Shown: positions 57,457-64,000 of the stretch, piece after piece
How positions within the stretch are numbered: the stretch's first letter is position 1
Layout of the letters: each line of letters opens with the position of its first letter
Origin: Longimicrobiales bacterium
Lineage (GTDB): Bacteria; Gemmatimonadota; Gemmatimonadetes; Longimicrobiales; Gaopeijiaceae
DNA: 64,000 bases
Assembly (NCBI GenBank): GCA_965238005.1
Contig: OZ250165.1
Span: 3,040,001-3,104,000 of the forward strand
Reading direction: 5' to 3'
Translations under genes and position numbers: made by a program
The notes under the pieces: generated by a model
What the model was told of the DNA's origin: nothing
Database searches by the model: none
Seen by the model: the letters and a program-made list of their open reading frames with translations, nothing else

Positions 57457-58461
57457 CTATCCGCCGCCCGCGGGCACGAGGAGGCGCCCGATCTGGCGCA
57501 ACGTGTCGATGCCGTGGACGTCGTGGGGCAGGAGCGGGATGTAGACTCGAGGGAGGGTCGCGAACTCACGGTCGATCTCCTCCCTGTACTCGTGCTCCTG
57601 GAGTCGTCGCTCGCGCAGAAAGTCGCCTTCCGCGTCGTCGGGCAGAAGCCGGTTCACGATCATGGCCGCCACCGGCACGTCGAACTTGCGGAGCACGTCC
57701 AAGGCCTTCTTGCTCTCGAGAATCGGCAGCCGCTCCGGGTTGATGACGAGCAGGAACGCGGTCGTGTCTGCATCCGTCAGGAGCTCACGAGCCCGGTGGA
57801 ATTTTCGCCGCCGGGTCAGGAGGATCTCGTTGATCCGGGTAGAGCGAGCGTCCTCCGCTTCGTCGCTGCCGCCACCGATCATCCCGAACTCATCCTCCTT
57901 CGACTGGACCCGGCCGAAGATCTTGAGAACCTGCCCTAGTCGGCGGGAACGGTCCTGATGCTTGAGCATCCCGTCACTCCACGCGGCCATCACCTCGGGC
58001 AACGAGAGCAGCCGGACGGTGTGGCCTGTCGGCGCGGTATCGAAGATGACCAGATCGAAGCGACTCGTGGCGTCGGCCATGAGGTCGGCCATGCGCTCGA
58101 GGACGGCGGCCTCGACGGTGCCCGGCGCGTCCCTCGCCAGGTCGAGCTGGCGGTCGATCTCCCCGTACATTTTGGGGGCGACCAGCCGCTTCAGGCTGGC
58201 CTTCACCGTCCGGATGTGATGCTCAGCCTCAGCGTCCGGGTCGATCTCGAGCCCCCACAGGCCCTCGGCCAACGAGACCTCCCGGTTGCCGATCCGGACT
58301 TCGAAGATGTCGCCCAGGGAGTGGGCCGGGTCCATGGAGACGATGAGGATCCTGTGGCCGGACTCGGCCGCCATGAGTGCGAGGGCGCTCGCGATCGTGG
58401 TCTTCCCGACGCCCCCCTTGCCGCCCACAAAGAGGATGCGACGGCCGAGGAACTCTCTCAC
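57457..58461 (-). CDS. ArsA/GET3-family ATPase, single domain
   Basis: GGKGGVGKTT, SMDPAHSL, PG..E, FDTAPTGHT, VINPERLPILES. Confidence 0.92.
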   Translation of the reverse strand: MREFLGRRILFVGGKGGVGKTTIASALALMAAESGHRILIVSMDPAHSLGDIFEVRIGNREVSLAEGLWGLEIDPDAEAEHHIRTVKASLKRLVAPKMYGEIDRQLDLARDAPGTVEAAVLERMADLMADATSRFDLVIFDTAPTGHTVRLLSLPEVMAAWSDGMLKHQDRSRRLGQVLKIFGRVQSKEDEFGMIGGGSDEAEDARSTRINEILLTRRRKFHRARELLTDADTTAFLLVINPERLPILESKKALDVLRKFDVPVAAMIVNRLLPDDAEGDFLRERRLQEHEYREEIDREFATLPRVYIPLLPHDVHGIDTLRQIGRLLVPAGGG

Positions 58462-58532
58462 GGCTGGCTACGACCTCGACCGCGGAGCCCTACCGCAGGT
58501 AGCGTGAGGCGGGGCCGATCGCCGCGAATCCG

Positions 58533-58805
58533 TCAGCAGCACCGGAACTCATCGAGGGGAGAGTGCTCCATACCCATGCGTGTATGCCACTCGTGAAACC
58601 TCTCCAGCAGGATGGGCTGCAGCTCCAGCGTATAGTAGCTCGCCGGATTGGGCACCCCCATCAGCTCCGAGAATACGAGCAGCATGAAGAGGTCGTCCTC
58701 GTCCCGCTTGGCCCGGGCGATGGCACCACGGTAGGGCGCGTTGTAGAACTCGGAGGCGAGGTAGTTGACGCGCTCGAGCCTCTTTCTGATGTCGGCCAGC
58801 TTCAT
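58533..58805 (-). CDS. CstA-associated small protein ending Cys-Cys (cory-CC-star-like)
   Basis: EFYNAPYR..DEDDLFMLLVFSE..GVPNP..YYTLEL..FHEWH.RMGM..RCC*; lies between cstA and arsA-like genes. Confidence 0.8.
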   Translation of the reverse strand: MKLADIRKRLERVNYLASEFYNAPYRGAIARAKRDEDDLFMLLVFSELMGVPNPASYYTLELQPILLERFHEWHTRMGMEHSPLDEFRCC

Positions 58806-58836
58806 GGTTTTCTTCAGGCCGCGGGCCACCAGTGGC

Positions 58837-60516
58837 CTAGACCGCAGGCGCCTCCGCTGCTTGCCTCCGCTCCCGGAGGAACGCCGACGTCGACTCCAGG
58901 ATCACGAAGATCGCCGCGATGACGATCAGGAGGTCCAGCGTCGCAAGGAAGTACTGACCGGTCGAGAACAGGTCCCAGAGCTGATACAGCGCCGCCAGGA
59001 ACGACATGGTGGTGACGAAGATCATCGGCACGAGGGTAAAGGCGTACCGCCGTCCCCGCTTGACCAACATGACGCTGATGACGAGGAGCGTGAGCCCGGC
59101 CAGGAGCTGGTTGGTCGTCCCGAAGAGCGGCCAGATGAGCATTCCCCCTTGTCCGTCGGCCCCACCGGCTCCGAAGGCCAGCGCGAGACACGCCCCCACC
59201 GCGATGAAGGTGGCGACGTAGCCATTCTGGAGAACGGGCAGGTTGTAGATCGTCCCCCACTCCTGGACGATATACCGCTGCAGCCGGACACCCGTGTCCA
59301 TGGTGGTTCCGGCGAAGAGCACGGCCATGACGGCGAGCAGAGTGGCCGCGAACCCGATCGGCAGCCCCGTGCCTGCGGCGACGACGGCCGAGCCACCCAG
59401 CACGAAGGTGTCGATACCCGTGGTGCCGAACGTGGAGTACGTGGCCTCCCAATCGGCCCGGGTGGCGAAGCCGGCGGTCACCGCGATGATGGCGCAGATC
59501 GCGAGCAGGCCCTCTCCCATGGAGCCTCCGTACCCGACGAAGCGAGCGTCTGGCTCCTTGTCCAGCTGCTTTGAGGTCGTGCCCGACGCCACCAGTCCGT
59601 GGAAGCCGGAGATGGCGCCACAGGCGATCGTCACGAACAGGAGCGGCACCAGCGGCGGCGTCCCGCTGGGCACGTTCTGGTTGAAGGCCGGAGCGACGAT
59701 GGGCGGGTTAGCGAGGAACACCGCCGCGAACAGAAGACCCAGGCCCACGAAGAGCTGGACGCCGTTGATGTAGTCCCGCGGCTGGAGGAGCAGCCAGACC
59801 GGCAGCAGCGAGGCGATGGTGGCGTAGATGAACAGGATCACGATCCACTGCGGGCCTGCCGCCAGCCCGAAGAGCGTATCGGGCAAAGCGACCGGGACGA
59901 GCTCGCCCAGCCCGATGACCGCGTAGAGGACCACCGTGCCGATGATCGTGGGCCACAGGATCGGCTTCTTGAGCCGGTAGATCAGCACGCCGATCACGAC
60001 GGCAACCGCAATGGCGCTCCAGACCGGAATCACGGCGCTGGGCGTCGCCACCAACGCGTTGGAGATGGCCACGGCGAAGACGGCGTTGACCATCAGCAGC
60101 AGCAGGAAGATGACGATCATGAACAGGGTCCGCGCCCGTGGGCCCACGACCTCGCCCGTGAGGGAGCCAAGCGACGTCCCCCTGTTGCGGACGCTGGCCC
60201 AGATGGCGCCGAAGTCGTGCACGCCCGCGAAGAACATCGTGCCGGCCACGACCCATATGAACGCAGGCAGCCACCCCCAGATGACGGCGATGGCGGGCCC
60301 GATGATGGGCGCCGCCCCCGCCACCGACGTGAAGTGGTGGCCCCACAGCACGACCCTGTTGGTGGGTAGGTAGTCCACGTCGTCCCGCAAGGCATGGGAC
60401 GGCGTTTCGAAAGCCGGATCGAGCTGATAGATCTTCTCGGCGATGAACTTCGAGTAGAAGCGATAGCCGAGGCCTAAGGCCACCAGGCCGATTACCGCAG
60501 GCAGAATTGCGCTCAT
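58837..60516 (-). CDS. cstA: Carbon starvation protein A family transporter
   Basis: TPSH..DDVDY, LWGHHFTSVAGAAPIIGP, GVHDFG, LLQPRDYIN, TIACGAISGFH, WPLFGTTNQLLA. Confidence 0.95.
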   Translation of the reverse strand: MSAILPAVIGLVALGLGYRFYSKFIAEKIYQLDPAFETPSHALRDDVDYLPTNRVVLWGHHFTSVAGAAPIIGPAIAVIWGWLPAFIWVVAGTMFFAGVHDFGAIWASVRNRGTSLGSLTGEVVGPRARTLFMIVIFLLLLMVNAVFAVAISNALVATPSAVIPVWSAIAVAVVIGVLIYRLKKPILWPTIIGTVVLYAVIGLGELVPVALPDTLFGLAAGPQWIVILFIYATIASLLPVWLLLQPRDYINGVQLFVGLGLLFAAVFLANPPIVAPAFNQNVPSGTPPLVPLLFVTIACGAISGFHGLVASGTTSKQLDKEPDARFVGYGGSMGEGLLAICAIIAVTAGFATRADWEATYSTFGTTGIDTFVLGGSAVVAAGTGLPIGFAATLLAVMAVLFAGTTMDTGVRLQRYIVQEWGTIYNLPVLQNGYVATFIAVGACLALAFGAGGADGQGGMLIWPLFGTTNQLLAGLTLLVISVMLVKRGRRYAFTLVPMIFVTTMSFLAALYQLWDLFSTGQYFLATLDLLIVIAAIFVILESTSAFLRERRQAAEAPAV

Positions 60517-60607
60517 AGTGCGACCAGGGTTTCAGGTGGATCCGCGATCGGTCCCCGCGAACAGCCGGGCGAGAATGTTGAGAATGTAAGGAGGAAAGGG
60601 CCGCTCG

Positions 60608-61555
60608 TCAGCCCTGAGAGTGAATGAAGTCGGTGAAGCCGGCGTCGTAGTCGGCGAGACCGTTCTGGCCGGTCATCTTCATCCGCTCCTCCATGAGCGG
60701 CTTCATGATGGTCCACACGCCCTGCTCGTACATGGACGGCTTGGGGCGGATGTCGTGAAAGTCCCTGGCAAGCTCCTCGCGGAGACCGGACTCGTCCACC
60801 AATTCGTGGTCGCGGTCCAGATCACCGCCGGCGAGGACTCGCAGGTTCCGGTGCACGCGCTCGGAGTGGGCCGCCTGGACCAGGATGTTCTCCTCCGCCG
60901 TGCTGAGAGCCAGGTAGGCGAGTGCCTGGGCCTGGAGCTCCTTGTAGTAGCCTTTCCGGTGACAGAACTCGTGGGCGATGATGTGGGGCTCGAAGATCCC
61001 CGAATCGCGGAAGATGGTCACGTCGCCGGAGAGGATGTCGCACGCACCGAGGGCGAAGGGAAAGATGACCTTGGAGATCGCGAAGCTCCGGACCTCGGCG
61101 CTGGTCTCCACGCGCTGCCCGGTGATGGAAGCGATGTAGTCGGTCAACCGCTCGTTGACGAGAACTGCCAGCTCCTCCCGCGACATCTTCACCGGCTCGT
61201 AGTTGTCGTTCAGCTTCTGGACGAGCTCTTCCACCTCTGCCTGGCGATCCTCGTCCGTCATGGGCTCCAGGTCGGACTCATCCTGACCGAAGACCTCCCT
61301 GAAGTCGATGGGTCGTGCATCTCGCCTGGACATCCAGTCGCTCAACGCGCTTCCGGCATAGGCGCCGAGCGCCAGTGCCTGAACGATGCGGCCGGGCACG
61401 GTGGCGCCCAGGAGCACCCTGGACGCCAGGGGCGCGAGCATGAAGACGTCCGTAAGGGCCAGCGGCGAGTAGGTGGCCTGGTTGGGGATCTCTACGCGGT
61501 CCATATCCATCCTTGTGAGCTTCTCCCGATCTGAGATCTGTCGTACCACCGACAT
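60608..61555 (-). CDS. Putative zincin (DUF3810-like)
   Basis: PHIIAHEFCHRKGYYKELQAQALAYL (HEXXH...E). Confidence 0.65.
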   Translation of the reverse strand: MSVVRQISDREKLTRMDMDRVEIPNQATYSPLALTDVFMLAPLASRVLLGATVPGRIVQALALGAYAGSALSDWMSRRDARPIDFREVFGQDESDLEPMTDEDRQAEVEELVQKLNDNYEPVKMSREELAVLVNERLTDYIASITGQRVETSAEVRSFAISKVIFPFALGACDILSGDVTIFRDSGIFEPHIIAHEFCHRKGYYKELQAQALAYLALSTAEENILVQAAHSERVHRNLRVLAGGDLDRDHELVDESGLREELARDFHDIRPKPSMYEQGVWTIMKPLMEERMKMTGQNGLADYDAGFTDFIHSQG

Positions 61556-61639
61556 GGTCCGCCGGATCCCTTTTCCGGTGGAGCACGCCTGCGATAGAAT
61601 GAGCGGCCGTCGAGCCGAGCCACCCGCGCCGGAGCACGC

Positions 61640-62560
61640 GTGAGAGTCCTTCTGCAACTCACAGCCTTGGTCTTCCCTTCCCTGGGGCTCATCACGCCCG
61701 GGGTCGAGGCCCAGAGCCCCTCCCGCGACTCATGGTTTCCCGATCAGGGTTACTTCACCGCCCCCCACGCCTCCATGCGGGAGCCCGTCTTTGCACTACG
61801 AGCGCTGTGGACGCCCGTGTTTCGTAGCCGTTTCGACCCGGCCGAGCGGCCGCCCTTCGACTTCGGGGGCCAGGAAGGGCTCGACAGCGAGCTCCAGGGC
61901 GAGGCCGCGCTGGGCGGGGCCTTCCGACTCTGGAGTCCGGCGCAGTGGGAGGACGGAGGCCTGGCGCTCGGGATCCAAGCCGGGGTCTTCGGTCGCTTCC
62001 GGCTCGAGATATCGAGCAGCGATCTGGTGGCCTCTGATTGGGTGGTCGCGTTCCCCGTCGAGGCCGGGTGGGGGCCGTGGTCGGCCCGGGTGCGCCTCAC
62101 GCACTGGAGCGCCCATCTCGGCGACGAAGTGATCGAGAGTGGGGCGGAGCGGGTGGACTTCACATCCGAGACGTTCGACGCCCTGGTGGCGTATCGGGTG
62201 GGAGCGGTGCGTCTGTACGGGGGCGGGGGCGTCGTCACGCGCTCCAGCTTGGAGAACGAAGCCCTGTTGGGTCCGGACTTCTCGGACGACGCCCACGTAC
62301 AGCTTGGGGCCGACTTCCAGTGGCTTGGGTGGTCCGGCGGCGACTTCGGTCTGGACGGCGGGCTGGATTGGCAGAGCGCCGATCGGACCGACTGGTCGGG
62401 ACAGCTGTCCGCCGTCCTGGGACTGGTGGTGCAGGACGGCGACCGCTCCGCCCATCTCCGCGGAGTCTTCCACGACGGCCCGTCACCCATGGGGCAGTTC
62501 TTCTTGACGGATGAGCGCTACTGGGGTATCGAGCTAATTCTCCGGATCGGCCCCGCTTAG
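61640..62560 (+). CDS. Exported beta-strand-rich protein (DUF1207-like)
   Basis: Signal peptide; REP, DLVASDW, HWSAHLGDE; amphipathic strands. Confidence 0.65.
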   Translation: MRVLLQLTALVFPSLGLITPGVEAQSPSRDSWFPDQGYFTAPHASMREPVFALRALWTPVFRSRFDPAERPPFDFGGQEGLDSELQGEAALGGAFRLWSPAQWEDGGLALGIQAGVFGRFRLEISSSDLVASDWVVAFPVEAGWGPWSARVRLTHWSAHLGDEVIESGAERVDFTSETFDALVAYRVGAVRLYGGGGVVTRSSLENEALLGPDFSDDAHVQLGADFQWLGWSGGDFGLDGGLDWQSADRTDWSGQLSAVLGLVVQDGDRSAHLRGVFHDGPSPMGQFFLTDERYWGIELILRIGPA

Positions 62561-62616
62561 GCACCTCATAACCCTGAGGCGTGGGGCAAGCTCCACAGGA
62601 CGGACGAGTAGACGCC

Positions 62617-63966
62617 ATGGCAACAGAAACACGAGCGCACGAAGGGGCACAGAGCCCGGCGGGCAGGAAGGCCATCTGGGGTTGGGCCCTCTACGACTTC
62701 GGCAACTCGGCGTTCACGACGCTCATCGTGACGTTCATCTACTCGTTCTTCTTCGCACAGGAGATCGCGCCCGACGGCGACACGGGAACCGTGATATGGG
62801 CGAACGGGATCGCTCTCACCGCCATCGTCGTCGCACTGAGCTCACCGTTCCTCGGCGCGCTGGCCGACCGCGGAGGACACCGGCGGCGCTTTCTGTTGAT
62901 CAGCACCGGCATCGCCATCCTGGGAAGTGCGCTCCTCTACTTCCCCACGCCGGGCCAAGTGATGTTCGCGTTCGTGGTCTTCGTGGTGGGCAACATCGCC
63001 TTCGAGCTGTCGGGCGTCTTCTACAACTCCTACCTCCCCGACCTCACCACCTCCGACAACATCGGGAAGGTCTCCGGCTACGGCTGGGCCCTGGGATACC
63101 TGGGCGGCTTGTTGGCCATGGTCGTGGCCCTGGTGGGGTTCGTCCAGGCCGAGAACCCCTGGTTCGGGCTGGGCACCGGAGAGGAGGCACTCTTCCAGAA
63201 TATCCGGGCGACGACGTTGGTGGTGGCGGTGTGGTTCGCGGTCTTCGCCGTTCCCATATTCCGCTGGGTGCCGGAGCCCCATCATCAGGATCCACCTCCC
63301 CTCGGAGAGCTCCTGAGGGGAGCCGTCACACAGCTGACGGACACGTTCCACGAGATCAGGCGCTACGGCCAGATCGTGCGGCTCCTCATCGCCCGGATGG
63401 TCTACAACGACGGGCTGGTGACCATCTTCGCCTTGGGACCCCTCTACGCCGCTGAAGTCTTCGGCTTCACGCTCACCGAGGTCATGCTCTGGGGTCTGGC
63501 ACTGAATGTCACGGCCGGACTCGGCGCGTTCGCCATGGGCTTCTTGGACGACCGTATCGGGGGGCGCAAGACGATCCTGATCTCCCTGGTAGGCCTGTTC
63601 CTCGCTACGCTCTGGGCCACCATGGCACCCGCCGGCGACAAGATGTCAATGTTCCTCGCAGGGTTGTTGGTGGGCGTGTTCGTGGGTCCCAACCAGGCGG
63701 CCAGCCGCTCCCTCCTCGGGCGCTTCGTCCCCCCGGCAAAGGAGACCGAGTTCTACGGCTTCTTCGCCTTTTCCGGAAAGGCCATCGCGTTCATGGGCCC
63801 GCTCATCTACGGCCTCGCCACGAGCGTCTTCGGGAACCAGCGCTTTGGTGTGGGGGCCATCATGGTCTTCTTCCTGGTGGGCGGACTGATCCTCCTGGGC
63901 GTCGACGAGGAGGCCGGAGCGGCGGCCAGCGGACGGTCGGTTCGTCCCGCAGCCACGCACAACTGA
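62617..63966 (+). CDS. MFS transporter (UMF1/ATG22-like)
   Basis: WALYDFGNSAF, SPFLGALAD, FYNSYLP, SGYGWALGYLGG, YNDG, GPNQAASRS, EFYGFF. Confidence 0.9.
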   Translation: MATETRAHEGAQSPAGRKAIWGWALYDFGNSAFTTLIVTFIYSFFFAQEIAPDGDTGTVIWANGIALTAIVVALSSPFLGALADRGGHRRRFLLISTGIAILGSALLYFPTPGQVMFAFVVFVVGNIAFELSGVFYNSYLPDLTTSDNIGKVSGYGWALGYLGGLLAMVVALVGFVQAENPWFGLGTGEEALFQNIRATTLVVAVWFAVFAVPIFRWVPEPHHQDPPPLGELLRGAVTQLTDTFHEIRRYGQIVRLLIARMVYNDGLVTIFALGPLYAAEVFGFTLTEVMLWGLALNVTAGLGAFAMGFLDDRIGGRKTILISLVGLFLATLWATMAPAGDKMSMFLAGLLVGVFVGPNQAASRSLLGRFVPPAKETEFYGFFAFSGKAIAFMGPLIYGLATSVFGNQRFGVGAIMVFFLVGGLILLGVDEEAGAAASGRSVRPAATHN

Positions 63967-63979
63967 CTGGGGCGCCGGA

Positions 63980-64000
63980 ATGCGAATCGTCGCTGGAAAG
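63980..64000 (+). CDS. rsmD: Probable start of 16S rRNA m2G966 methyltransferase (truncated by window)
   Basis: MRIVAGK is the typical RsmD N-terminus; only 7 codons visible. Confidence 0.55.

Noticed and set aside
57457..58461. Arsenic resistance ArsA
   Set aside because: Single domain, no metalloid-binding cysteines, no ars genes nearby.
58533..58535. TGA after Cys-Cys as selenocysteine
   Set aside because: The family ends naturally in CC; read-through gives a low-complexity Arg-rich tail and I see no convincing SECIS.
1049..63960. Numerous long antisense and shadow ORFs in the track (e.g. 12677-14398, 21074-22714, 24834-26219, 55489-56910)
   Set aside because: They overlap well-supported genes and reflect GC-rich codon bias; no family motifs.

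Overview
GC-rich bacterial chromosomal window; gene content suggests a Gemmatimonadota-like organism (inference, not demonstrated). I found no rRNA, tRNA or CRISPR array. The left part (1-24 kb) holds peptide and organic-acid uptake and catabolic genes (TctCBA, M28 and S9 peptidases, amidohydrolases, cyclase, acyl-CoA synthetase plus SSS symporter), gene fragments, IS91/ISCR-like remnants and a three-gene copper module. Its multicopper oxidase has lost three trinuclear-cluster histidines. The centre (24.6-51 kb) is the most unusual part. A Wzx/Wzy-type glycan locus sits next to a tailoring module of three radical SAM enzymes (two B12-binding, one SPASM/twitch), three methyltransferases and a deaminase-type amidohydrolase. 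A nucleotidyltransferase, an HprK-like kinase, a GT9 and an ABC exporter are also present. The module is visibly mosaic, with orphan tails of its own paralogues left at junctions, and the locus is hit by two apparently identical IS1182 copies, an IS481 and two frameshifts. The right part (51-64 kb) holds a TRAP transporter, an MBL hydrolase, a CstA / C-terminal-CC protein / ArsA-like ATPase operon, an MFS and the probable start of rsmD. All calls come from motif reading by eye; no database searches were run.
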